A stretch of 64,000 nucleotides of DNA from Nitrospirota bacterium (GTDB lineage Bacteria > Nitrospirota > Thermodesulfovibrionia > Thermodesulfovibrionales > JdFR-88): assembly GCA_021825295.1 (NCBI GenBank), contig JAKAHV010000003.1, positions 22,150-86,149 on the forward strand, written 5' to 3'. This document shows, in pieces, positions 9,466 through 18,450 of the stretch. How positions within the stretch are numbered: position 1 is the stretch's first letter; each line of letters starts with the position of its first letter. The position numbers were made by a program, and so were the translations under genes. Under the pieces are notes generated by a model, which searched no databases, was not told the origin of the DNA, and worked only from the letters and a program-made list of their open reading frames with translations.

Positions 9466-12084
9466 ATGATGACACTGACCATAAACGGCAGAAAGGTGGA
9501 GCTTGAGGCCCCGGTGACCATTCTGGAGGCCGCAAAAAGAAACGGGATAGACATCCCCACCCTCTGCCATCACCCCGCGCTTGAGCTCTGGGGCGGCTGC
9601 CGCATGTGCCTGGTGGAAGTGGAAAAGATGCCAAGGCTGCAGACCGCCTGCACCGTGCGTGTGGCCGACGGGATGGCCGTTCGCACCGAAACGCCCAGGG
9701 TCGTCGCGGCCAGAAAGGCCATACTTGAATTCCTCCTCATAAACCACCCGCTTGAGTGTCCCACATGTGACAAGGCCGGCATCTGCGCGCTTCAGGACCT
9801 GACAGTCAGGTACGGCGCGGTCGCCGGAAGGTTCGAGGAGGGCAAGCGGGTATTCCCGGAAGTCGTGGACGACCCGGTGATAGTCAGGAACATGAAGCGC
9901 TGCATAATGTGCACGCGCTGCGTAAGGATGTGCGACGGGGTGCAGGGCGCCTCCGCAATCGGGGTCATCGAAAAGGGCGCGAGGTCCCATATAGAACCCT
10001 TCTCTGGCGGCAGATACAACTGTGAATACTGCGGCAACTGCCTGGCCGTCTGTCCCGTCGGGGCGATCATGTCAAAACTCCACAGGTACACCTACAGGCC
10101 GTGGCAGATGGAAAAGACGGTAAAGACAATATGCTCCTTCTGCGGGGTGGGCTGCACGCTCCGGCTGGAGGTAAGGGACGAATCCATAAAGCGGGTCAGC
10201 GCGGAGTTTGGCGACGGGGTGAACAATGGTCTTCTCTGCGGGCGGGGCAGGTTCGGTTACGAGTATGTGGACAGCCCGGAGAGGCTCAAAACCCCTATGA
10301 TCAGAAGAGACGGACGGCTCGAGCGCGCGACCTGGGACGAGGCGCTGGACTACGCGGCCGGAAGACTCCTCGAGATAAAGAAGGAAAACGGCGGCGGGGC
10401 TATCGGGGGCATTGCCGGCGGCAGGGCCACGAATGAGGAGATATATCTGTTCCAAAAACTCCTCCGGGCGGGCTTCGGCTCCAACAACATAGACTCCATA
10501 GCCAGGCTGGGGCTTCTGCCCGCGCAGAAAATCCTGGAGGACATCTTCGGGCAGGGCGCCGTGGCCAACCTGATTTCCGGCATACCGCGTTCCGAGGCGG
10601 TGCTGGTCGTAGCCTCCGATCCCACGCGGACGAACCCAGTGATGGGGCTGGAGGTGAGGGCAGCGGCCAGGGCCGGCAGGAAGGTAATAGCCATCGGGCA
10701 CATAGACGGGCTCAGGCGGCACAGGACCCGCCGGCTCGAGGCGAAGACGGGGCCGGGCCAGGAAACCATGATCATGGCCGGCCTCCTGAGCGAACTCCTG
10801 AAGATAAAACCCCTTTCGGGGGAAAACCCGGAGTTCGAGGAGGCGATAAAGGCCTGGGGGAAGACGCTTCCGGGGCCGGATGAGGTCGAAAAGGCCACCG
10901 GAGTCTCCGCGTTGCTGATATCCGGGACCGCCGCGGACCTGAAGGACGTCTCCACTTCGAGCATAATCGCCGGGCGCGAGCTGGCATCCAGCATGGATAT
11001 CAGGACAAACATGATGATGCTTGCAGCATTGGGTTATATCCTGAACTCCCGCATCTTCCTTATCTCGGAGCACCCCAACGAGCAGGGCCTCATAGAGATG
11101 GGCTGTTCTCCGGAGATGCTGCCGGGCGAAAGGCCGGTTGATGTGCGCACATTCAGGGAGAAATGCGAACAGGCCTGGGGCGCCGGCATCAATCCGGAGG
11201 CGGGCCTGACGCTCATGGAGATGATCGAGCAGGCAGGCGCCTCCATAAAGGCCCTCTATGTGATGGGGGAAGACCCCGCCTTCGGTCTTCCTTCAAGAGG
11301 ACGAGTGAAAGAGGCCCTGGGGAGGCTCGATTTTCTGATAGTGCAGGACATATTCATGACCGGGACGGCCGCCATGGCTGACGTCGTGTTCCCGGCGCTG
11401 GCCTGGTCTGAGAAGGACGGCACTTATACGAACCTCGAAAAGAGGATCCAGAGGCTCAAAAAGGCGGTTATAAAGGAGGGGATAGAGGATTGGAGGATAC
11501 TGGCCGAAATCGGCAAGCGGGCGGGGCTTCCGTCACGTTACCGCGGGGTGGCGGACATATTCAGGGAGATCGCCCAGGTCTCGCCCATTCACGCGGGGCT
11601 GGGTTTTGAGTCGATAGAGGAAGGCGGGGTCCTTTGGCCCTACAAGGGCAAGCCCCTTTCGGTATCGTCTTCCCCTTCGTCCGCGGCCGGCAGATTTCCA
11701 GGCTCCGGTAAAGCGGTAAGCATCAGCCCGCCCCCGGACCGGAACGTGCTTAAACTCGTGCTGGACAAACCGCTGCTTCATTCGGGCACATTAAGCACTC
11801 ACTCGGACGCCCTCATGGACCTGACGGGCGGGCCCGAGGCGAGGCTGTGCCCCGAAACCGGCGGCAAACTGGGTATAGCGGACGGAGACGCCGTAAAGGT
11901 CTCGACCGGGGAGGGACAGATATCGCTCAGGGCAAGGCTGGAGAGCGGCCTGCCCGAGGACGCCCTTTTCATAAGCAACGATTTCAGGGAGGCCGGGGCC
12001 TTCGAGCTTTTCGGCTATCAGCTTGAACCGGAATCGAAAACCCCGGTGTTGACGGTCCAAAATCTCAAGGTGGAGAGGCTATGA
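9466..12084 (+). CDS. nuoG: NADH-quinone oxidoreductase subunit G, long formate-dehydrogenase-like form
   Basis: PTLCHH..CRMC (N1b), HPLECPTC..C (N5), CIMCTRC..C and CEYCGNC..CP, CSFCGVGC..C (N7), followed by a molybdopterin-oxidoreductase fold and a C-terminal Molydop-binding-like domain. Confidence 0.92.
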   Translation: MMTLTINGRKVELEAPVTILEAAKRNGIDIPTLCHHPALELWGGCRMCLVEVEKMPRLQTACTVRVADGMAVRTETPRVVAARKAILEFLLINHPLECPTCDKAGICALQDLTVRYGAVAGRFEEGKRVFPEVVDDPVIVRNMKRCIMCTRCVRMCDGVQGASAIGVIEKGARSHIEPFSGGRYNCEYCGNCLAVCPVGAIMSKLHRYTYRPWQMEKTVKTICSFCGVGCTLRLEVRDESIKRVSAEFGDGVNNGLLCGRGRFGYEYVDSPERLKTPMIRRDGRLERATWDEALDYAAGRLLEIKKENGGGAIGGIAGGRATNEEIYLFQKLLRAGFGSNNIDSIARLGLLPAQKILEDIFGQGAVANLISGIPRSEAVLVVASDPTRTNPVMGLEVRAAARAGRKVIAIGHIDGLRRHRTRRLEAKTGPGQETMIMAGLLSELLKIKPLSGENPEFEEAIKAWGKTLPGPDEVEKATGVSALLISGTAADLKDVSTSSIIAGRELASSMDIRTNMMMLAALGYILNSRIFLISEHPNEQGLIEMGCSPEMLPGERPVDVRTFREKCEQAWGAGINPEAGLTLMEMIEQAGASIKALYVMGEDPAFGLPSRGRVKEALGRLDFLIVQDIFMTGTAAMADVVFPALAWSEKDGTYTNLEKRIQRLKKAVIKEGIEDWRILAEIGKRAGLPSRYRGVADIFREIAQVSPIHAGLGFESIEEGGVLWPYKGKPLSVSSSPSSAAGRFPGSGKAVSISPPPDRNVLKLVLDKPLLHSGTLSTHSDALMDLTGGPEARLCPETGGKLGIADGDAVKVSTGEGQISLRARLESGLPEDALFISNDFREAGAFELFGYQLEPESKTPVLTVQNLKVERL

Positions 12085-13094
12085 ACTTTTTCGAGGTGGT
12101 ATTTCAGCCGGGGATAATGGATATAATAGTAAAGATGCTTATCATACTGGTAAAAGCGGTCGTCGTCGTGGGCGTCCTCATGCTCCACGTCACCTACGCA
12201 ACTTATTTCGAGAGGAAAAGCATCGGCCACATGCAGGTGAGGCTGGGGCCGATGCAGGTGGGCCCCCACGGGCTGCTGCAACCCATCGCGGACTTCATAA
12301 AGCTCTTCTTCAAGGAAGACATCATCCCGGCGGGCGCGGACAAGCCGATATTCTTCATAGCGCCCGTGATATCGATCTTCGCGGGGATGACGGCCATCTC
12401 GGTAATACCGTTTTTCAACGGCTTCGTCATCGCGGACATAAACATCGGGCTGTTGTTCATACTGGCCATGAGCTCGCTGAACGCATACGGCGTGATGCTG
12501 GCCGGATGGGCGTCCAATTCGAAATATTCCTTCCTGGGGAGCCTCCGGTCGTCGGCCCAGGTGATCAGCTATGAGATCGCGATGGGGCTGTCGCTGGTTG
12601 GAGTGATGATGATGTCCGGCTCGTTGAACCTCTCGGACATCGTGCGGGCGCAGGAAAGGTTCCCCGGCGGGTTTTACTGGCCGCAGGCGCTCGGTTTCTT
12701 CGTATTCATGGTTGCGGCCTTCGCCGAGACCAACCGCACGCCGTTTGACCTGCCGGAGGCAGAAAGCGAGCTGGTTGCGGGCTACTTCACGGAATACAGC
12801 GGCATGCGCTTCGCCCTCTTCTACGTGGCCGAGTACGTCGGGATGATCCTTATGTCTCTTGTGGCGATAACCTGTTTCCTGGGCGGCTGGGACGGCCCGT
12901 TTGCGATACCCTATGTGCCCTTCGCCTGGCTGTTTTTAAAGCTCTACTTCTTCATATTCCTCTTCTACTGGATAAGGGCCACGGTGCCCCGCTACAGGTA
13001 CGATCAGCTCATGGCGCTCGGCTGGAAACTGCTTATCCCCCTTGCCCTTCTGAACATATTGGGCACGGGGCTTGTAAAGGTGCTCCTAAGATAG
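12081..13094 (+). CDS. nuoH: NADH-quinone oxidoreductase subunit H
   Basis: ERK..GHMQVRLGP, QPIAD, ISYEI, RTPFDLPEAESELVAG, PRYRYDQLM. Confidence 0.97.
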   Translation: MNFFEVVFQPGIMDIIVKMLIILVKAVVVVGVLMLHVTYATYFERKSIGHMQVRLGPMQVGPHGLLQPIADFIKLFFKEDIIPAGADKPIFFIAPVISIFAGMTAISVIPFFNGFVIADINIGLLFILAMSSLNAYGVMLAGWASNSKYSFLGSLRSSAQVISYEIAMGLSLVGVMMMSGSLNLSDIVRAQERFPGGFYWPQALGFFVFMVAAFAETNRTPFDLPEAESELVAGYFTEYSGMRFALFYVAEYVGMILMSLVAITCFLGGWDGPFAIPYVPFAWLFLKLYFFIFLFYWIRATVPRYRYDQLMALGWKLLIPLALLNILGTGLVKVLLR

Positions 13095-13102
13095 GGGAAA
13101 AG

Positions 13103-13702
13103 ATGAACACCAAGAAAATCGTAAAGACAATATTCATGACCGAGATCCTCCAGGGGATGGCCCTCACGCTTAAATCCCTCTTCTCCCCGGCCGTGACCAG
13201 GCAGTACCCCAAGGAAAAAAGGCAGCCCTTCCCCGGCTTCAGGGGGCAGCACGCCTTCGTGCGGGACGCGAAGACGGGGAAGGAAAAGTGCATAGCATGC
13301 GGTCTCTGCGGCGCGGTGTGCCCCTCCAAGTGCATATACATATACACGAAGGAAGACGAGGAGACGAGGAAAAAGACGATAGACCGCTACGAGATCGAGC
13401 TGCTCCGGTGCGTCTACTGCGCCTTCTGCGTGGAGGCCTGCCCCGTCGGGGCGATAGCGCTTACGGAAAACTACGAGTATTCGGACTACTCACGTGAGGC
13501 CCTCTATATGACCAAGGAGAAACTCCTCGACAACTGGGACAGGTTCATGGCGGGGCCGAAGGGCGATGAGTATTTCGAGAAGTTCTGGACCCCGAAGCAG
13601 CAGAGCTTCCGGGCCCATGACGATCAGGCGGTCTTCAGGCCGAAGGGCTCCAACGGGGCGGCGCGGCCCGAAGCGGACACCAGGCCGGAGGGGGTAAAAT
13701 GA
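13103..13702 (+). CDS. nuoI: NADH-quinone oxidoreductase subunit I
   Basis: TRQYP, FRG, CIACGLCGAVCP, CVYCAFCVEACP. Confidence 0.96.
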   Translation: MNTKKIVKTIFMTEILQGMALTLKSLFSPAVTRQYPKEKRQPFPGFRGQHAFVRDAKTGKEKCIACGLCGAVCPSKCIYIYTKEDEETRKKTIDRYEIELLRCVYCAFCVEACPVGAIALTENYEYSDYSREALYMTKEKLLDNWDRFMAGPKGDEYFEKFWTPKQQSFRAHDDQAVFRPKGSNGAARPEADTRPEGVK

Positions 13703-14205
13703 ACCCTTATCTCTTCGGATATCTTGCCGCAGCCATAGTGGGGCTTTCGGCGGTCGCGCTGACGCGGAAAAACCCGGTCCATGCCGTCCTGCTGATGATA
13801 GTAATGTTCTTCCACCTCGCGGTCCTGTACCTCGGGCTTGGGGCGGAGTTCCTGGCGGCCGTCCAGATAATCGTCTACGCCGGCGCCATCATGGTCCTCT
13901 TCCTGTTTGTCATCATGATGCTGAACATAAAAGAGGAGATCGAGGGGGAGCGGTTCACGGGGGGCTGGCCCCTGGGCATTTCCCTGGCGAGCGGCCTGTT
14001 CCTGCTGCTGATCATCATGACCGGCAATGTGCTGCCCGGCCAGCAGGGGATATACACCGCGCAGGTGATTGCAAGCCAGACAGACACGAAGGCCCTGGGC
14101 TCGGTCCTCTACACGCAGTACATCTTCCCCTTCGAGCTGGCCTCCCTGGTGCTGCTTGTGGCGGTGGTGGGCGCTATCGTGCTTGCCAAAAAGAAACTGA
14201 GATGA
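13699..14205 (+). CDS. nuoJ: NADH-quinone oxidoreductase subunit J
   Basis: NPVHAVL, AEFLAAVQIIVYAGAIMVLFLFVIM, FPFELAS. Confidence 0.95.
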   Translation: MNPYLFGYLAAAIVGLSAVALTRKNPVHAVLLMIVMFFHLAVLYLGLGAEFLAAVQIIVYAGAIMVLFLFVIMMLNIKEEIEGERFTGGWPLGISLASGLFLLLIIMTGNVLPGQQGIYTAQVIASQTDTKALGSVLYTQYIFPFELASLVLLVAVVGAIVLAKKKLR

Positions 14206-14218
14206 AGGGAGAGATGAT

Positions 14219-14527
14219 ATGAACCCGGTCCCTCTTCAGGGGTATATATGGCTCAGCCTGGCCCTCTTCATGACGGGCGTGTTCGGATTCCTCACCAGGA
14301 GGAGCATCATCCTGATGTTCCTCTCGATAGAGGTGATGCTGAACGCCGTGAACCTGTCTCTGGTGGCGTTCTCCCATTTCCTCAATGACCTGCGCGGGCA
14401 GGTGCTCGTGCTCTTTGTCATAACGGTCGCGGCGAGCGAGGCGGCCATAGGGCTCGCCATACTCGTCTCGCTCTTCAGAAACAGGGCCACCGCCCAGATA
14501 GACAAGATCTCGGAGATGAAGGGATGA
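14219..14527 (+). CDS. nuoK: NADH-quinone oxidoreductase subunit K
   Basis: SIEVMLNAVNL, VAASEAAIGLA, C-terminal MKG. Confidence 0.95.
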   Translation: MNPVPLQGYIWLSLALFMTGVFGFLTRRSIILMFLSIEVMLNAVNLSLVAFSHFLNDLRGQVLVLFVITVAASEAAIGLAILVSLFRNRATAQIDKISEMKG

Positions 14528-16467
14528 ACAACACCTATCTGCTCATTCCGGCCTTGCCCCTCCTGGCCTTCATCGTGAACATCACGCTTGGAAGGGGCTT
14601 CCTGAAGGACAAGGCGTACCTGGTGTCCATACCGGCGCTCGCCGCCTCATGGGCGCTGGCGATGTCGGCCGTCTATCAGGTCATGCACGGCAGGACGTTC
14701 GAGGGCGACCTTTACACGTGGGTGGCCGCGGGCGGCTTTAAAGTGAGCGTGGGCTTCCTGATAGACCAGCTCACGGCCGTGATGCTCGTCGTGGTCACCA
14801 CCGTGGGGCTCCTCGTGAACATCTACTCCGTGGGCTACATGCATGGGGACAAAGGTTTTTACCGTTTCTTCGCTTACCTGAACCTCTTTGTCTTCTCCAT
14901 GCTGATGCTCGTAATGGCCAACAACTTCCTGCAGCTCTATTTCGGCTGGGAGGCGGTGGGCCTCTGCTCCTATTTCCTCATAGGTTTCTGGTACGAGAAA
15001 AAGTCCGCCTCCGACGCCGGCAAGAAGGCCTTCATCGTGAACCGTTTCGGGGATTTCGGCTTCGGCCTCGGAATCATGCTCATATTCCTGACCTTCGGGA
15101 GCCTCCAGTACGGCACGGTCTTCCAGGCCGTCCACGGCATCGCCGGCCGGACTGTCGACATCCTCGGCCATCCCGTGGGGCTTCCCACACTGATTGCGCT
15201 TCTTCTTTTCTGCGGCGCGATGGGCAAATCGGCCCAGTTCCCGCTGCACGTCTGGCTTCCCGACGCGATGGAGGGCCCGACGCCAGTCTCCGCCCTCATC
15301 CACGCGGCCACGATGGTGACCGCGGGCGTGTTCATGGTATCCAGGTGCAGCCCCATATTCGACCTCTCGCCGACTGCGATGGCGGTAGTGGCCGTCACCG
15401 GGGCCTTCACTGCCCTTTTCGCAGCCACCATAGCGCTCACGCAAAACGACATAAAGCGCGTCATCGCGTACTCCACCGTAAGCCAGCTCGGCTACATGTT
15501 CCTGGCCTGCGGCGTGGGCGCCTACGGCGCCGGCATATTCCACCTGTACACGCACGGCTTCTTCAAGGCCCTGCTCTTCCTGGGCGCGGGCTCCGTCATG
15601 CACGGCATGTCCGGGGAGCTGGACATCCGGAAGATGGGCGGGCTGAAGAAATTCATGCCCGTCACCTACTGGACCTTCCTGCTTGCCTCAATAAGCATCT
15701 CGGGCATCCCGCCCTTCGCGGGCTTCTTCAGCAAGGACGAGATACTGTGGCGGGCATACTCCTCCGGCCCGCTCGGCAAGGTGCTCTGGGCAGTGGCGGC
15801 CTTCACGGCGTTTCTGACGGCCTTCTACTCGTTCAGGCTGATCTTTGTGGCGTTCCACGGCAAATTCCGCGGCACTCACGAGCAGCAGCACCATCTGCAT
15901 GAATCCCCCAAGTCCATGACCGTGCCGCTGCTGCTGCTGGCCATTGGCGCCGTGGCCGCGGGCTGGGTCGGCATACCTTCTTCCATCGGCGACCTGCTCG
16001 GCCTGCACATGGACAAGATAGGGCCCTTCCTCGGCCCGGTGGTCGGGGAGCCGCAGGGCGCGGGTGCGCCGGGGGCGGAGATGCTGCTGATGGGCGTCTC
16101 GGTCCTGCTGGGGGTGCTCGGCATACTGGTTGCCGCCTACATGTACGTTTGGAACCCGGAGCTGCCCGGCTTGCTTGCGCGCATCTTCAGCTGGCCGTAC
16201 AAGGTCTCCCTGAACAAATATTATGTTGATGAGTTATACGACCGCACGATCGTGAGGCCCACCCTCTGGGTCGCAAACAGCATCATAGTGGGCATCACCG
16301 ACGGCAAGTGGATAGAGGGCATCGTAAACGGCGTGCCCGCGGCCATAGGCCGCTTCGGGCAGTCCCTCAGGAAAATCCAGACCGGCGTTGTGCAGCATTA
16401 CGCGGACATGATGGCGCTGGGGCTCTTCGTATTCGTCGCGGTGGCCCTGGTTTTGTTTATAAAATAG
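14524..16467 (+). CDS. nuoL: NADH-quinone oxidoreductase subunit L
   Basis: YSVGYM, WEAVGLCSY, KSAQFPLHVWLPDAMEGPTPVSALIHAATMV, HGFFKALLFL. Confidence 0.97.
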   Translation: MNNTYLLIPALPLLAFIVNITLGRGFLKDKAYLVSIPALAASWALAMSAVYQVMHGRTFEGDLYTWVAAGGFKVSVGFLIDQLTAVMLVVVTTVGLLVNIYSVGYMHGDKGFYRFFAYLNLFVFSMLMLVMANNFLQLYFGWEAVGLCSYFLIGFWYEKKSASDAGKKAFIVNRFGDFGFGLGIMLIFLTFGSLQYGTVFQAVHGIAGRTVDILGHPVGLPTLIALLLFCGAMGKSAQFPLHVWLPDAMEGPTPVSALIHAATMVTAGVFMVSRCSPIFDLSPTAMAVVAVTGAFTALFAATIALTQNDIKRVIAYSTVSQLGYMFLACGVGAYGAGIFHLYTHGFFKALLFLGAGSVMHGMSGELDIRKMGGLKKFMPVTYWTFLLASISISGIPPFAGFFSKDEILWRAYSSGPLGKVLWAVAAFTAFLTAFYSFRLIFVAFHGKFRGTHEQQHHLHESPKSMTVPLLLLAIGAVAAGWVGIPSSIGDLLGLHMDKIGPFLGPVVGEPQGAGAPGAEMLLMGVSVLLGVLGILVAAYMYVWNPELPGLLARIFSWPYKVSLNKYYVDELYDRTIVRPTLWVANSIIVGITDGKWIEGIVNGVPAAIGRFGQSLRKIQTGVVQHYADMMALGLFVFVAVALVLFIK

Positions 16468-16548
16468 CTCTGTTCATGAAATAGTTTCGTCCATGAGACG
16501 CAGAGAAAAAATAAAAAATTGCCTTTTGTGTAAGAAAGCGGGGACAAG

Positions 16549-18078
16549 ATGATAATGAATTCACTTCCCTACCCGGTGTTGAGCACGGTGATATTTCTGC
16601 CGGTTGCGGGCGCGGTGCTGCTGGCGCTGATATCCAGGAGGCAGGAGGGGCTCATAAAGGCTCTTGCGCTGCTGTTTACGCTGGCGAATTTCGCGGCCTC
16701 TCTCCCCATATTCCTGAATTTCGACAAGACCACGGCAAACATGCAGTTTGTCGAATGGCGCGAGTGGATACCCGCTTTCCACACGGACTACCTGCTGGGC
16801 ATAGACGGAATAAGCGCCCTCTTCGTGCTGCTGTCGGCGCTCGTCTGCATACTCTGCGTCCTCATATCGTGGAATGCCATCAAGAACAAGGCGAAGGAGT
16901 TCTACATGTCCATCCTCCTCATAGAGGGGGCCATGATAGGGGTCTTCTGCTCGCTTGATTTCCTTCTCTTCTACGTGTTCTGGGAGGCGATGCTGATACC
17001 CATGTACCTGCTCATCGGCGTCTGGGGCGGCCCCAACAGGCTCTATGCCTCCATAAAGTTCTTCCTCTACACCCTGGTGGGCAGCGTGCTGATGCTTGTG
17101 GGCATCGTCTATCTCTATAACTACGCGGGGACCTTCAACATCCTGAAGCTTGAAAGCCTCAGGTACCCGCTTGCGATGCAGATGTGGCTTTTCTGGGCCT
17201 TCTTCGCGGCCTTTGCCGTGAAGGTGCCGATGTTCCCGGTGCACACCTGGCTGCCCGACGCCCACACGGAGGCCCCGACGGCAGGCAGCGTCATACTGGC
17301 GGCGGTCCTCATAAAGATGGGGGCCTACGGCTTTTTGCGGTTCTCCATCCCCATGCTGCCGGACGCGTCCAGGGCGATGGCCCTGCCCATGATGGTTTTG
17401 TCGGTAATCGCCATAATTTACGGGGCCGTTGTATGCCTTGCCCAGACCGATCTCAAGAGGCTTATCGCTTACAGCTCGGTAAGCCACATGGGTTTTGTGA
17501 CGCTCGGCATCTTCGCCCTGAACATCCAGGGCGTGGAAGGGGGCATCCTCCAGATGCTCAACCACGGTGTTGTGACCGGCGCCCTCTTTTTGTGCATAGG
17601 CATCATCTACGAGCGGACGCACACCCGCCAGATCGCCGATTACGGCGGGGTGGCCACCGCGCTTCCCATATACGCGGCCTTCTTCATGATCTTCACCCTG
17701 GCCTCAATAGGGCTTCCCGGCACCAACGGTTTCATAGGCGAATTCCTGATAATACTTGGGGGCTTCACCGCAAACAGGCTCGCCGGCGTGTTTGCCGCCA
17801 CAGGGATAATCATCGGCGCCGGCTACATGCTCTGGCTTTATCAGAGGGTCTTCTTCCTTGACGTAAACCAGAAGGTGAAGGGGCTCGCGGACATAAGCGG
17901 CCGGGAGCTGCTGGCCATACTGCCGATGGCCGCCCTCGTCTTCTGGATCGGGGTCTACCCCAACGCCTTTCTGGGGTTTCTGCAGCCCTCGGTCGCCAAC
18001 CTGCTTGGCAGGATGCAGCCGGGCGGCGCCACGGGGTTGACCGCCTTCACACAGTTTATAAGGTCAGTCTTCGCCTAA
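16549..18078 (+). CDS. nuoM: NADH-quinone oxidoreductase subunit M
   Basis: GIDGIS, FWEAMLIPMY, KVPMFPVHTWLPDAHTEAPTAGS, YSSVSHMG, GLPGTNGFIGEF. Confidence 0.97.
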   Translation: MIMNSLPYPVLSTVIFLPVAGAVLLALISRRQEGLIKALALLFTLANFAASLPIFLNFDKTTANMQFVEWREWIPAFHTDYLLGIDGISALFVLLSALVCILCVLISWNAIKNKAKEFYMSILLIEGAMIGVFCSLDFLLFYVFWEAMLIPMYLLIGVWGGPNRLYASIKFFLYTLVGSVLMLVGIVYLYNYAGTFNILKLESLRYPLAMQMWLFWAFFAAFAVKVPMFPVHTWLPDAHTEAPTAGSVILAAVLIKMGAYGFLRFSIPMLPDASRAMALPMMVLSVIAIIYGAVVCLAQTDLKRLIAYSSVSHMGFVTLGIFALNIQGVEGGILQMLNHGVVTGALFLCIGIIYERTHTRQIADYGGVATALPIYAAFFMIFTLASIGLPGTNGFIGEFLIILGGFTANRLAGVFAATGIIIGAGYMLWLYQRVFFLDVNQKVKGLADISGRELLAILPMAALVFWIGVYPNAFLGFLQPSVANLLGRMQPGGATGLTAFTQFIRSVFA

Positions 18079-18110
18079 AGGCAAACCCCGGATTCACCGC
18101 CACATATAAC

Positions 18111-18147
18111 AAGGGGCAGATGCTTGGCATCTGCCCCTTTCTTGTTT
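18111..18147 (+). terminator. Intrinsic terminator after nuoM
   Basis: AAGGGGCAGATGC-TTG-GCATCTGCCCCTT followed by TCTTGTTT. Confidence 0.75.
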
Positions 18148-18176
18148 ATCCCCCATCACCCCTTTTTGGGCTTTAC

Positions 18177-18425
18177 GGGATTCCTGCGGGCAGGTAGCTG
18201 GCATTCCCGGGGAATGCTGATATCCGTATGGTCCTTGAGGCAGGGAGTGAGCAGGACCCCCGCGTGGCTGAGTGTGAGGGATGGATGGAAAGTCCGGCGG
18301 CCGGCGCATGACACCGTCGGCCACCGGGAATTTTTCCCCCGTGGGTTCACGCGGTTTCCCGGCAGTGGAGGACTGATATCCGCCCGGTCCCGCGGTCAAA
18401 CGAAAGGACCGGGCGGATACTGGCA
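18177..18425. repeat. Structured intergenic repeat family, variant/composite copy
   Basis: 18177-18240 aligns with 59026-59092. 18373-18424 is arm CTGATATCCGCCCGGTCC, a short core remnant, then arm AAAGGACCGGGCGGATA. Confidence 0.65.
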
Positions 18426-18450
18426 GTAACACAAATCGGAAGGGCAGAAA

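Noticed and set aside
9466-12084. Selenocysteine formate dehydrogenase
   Set aside because: No in-frame TGA, and the ligand position is Gly.
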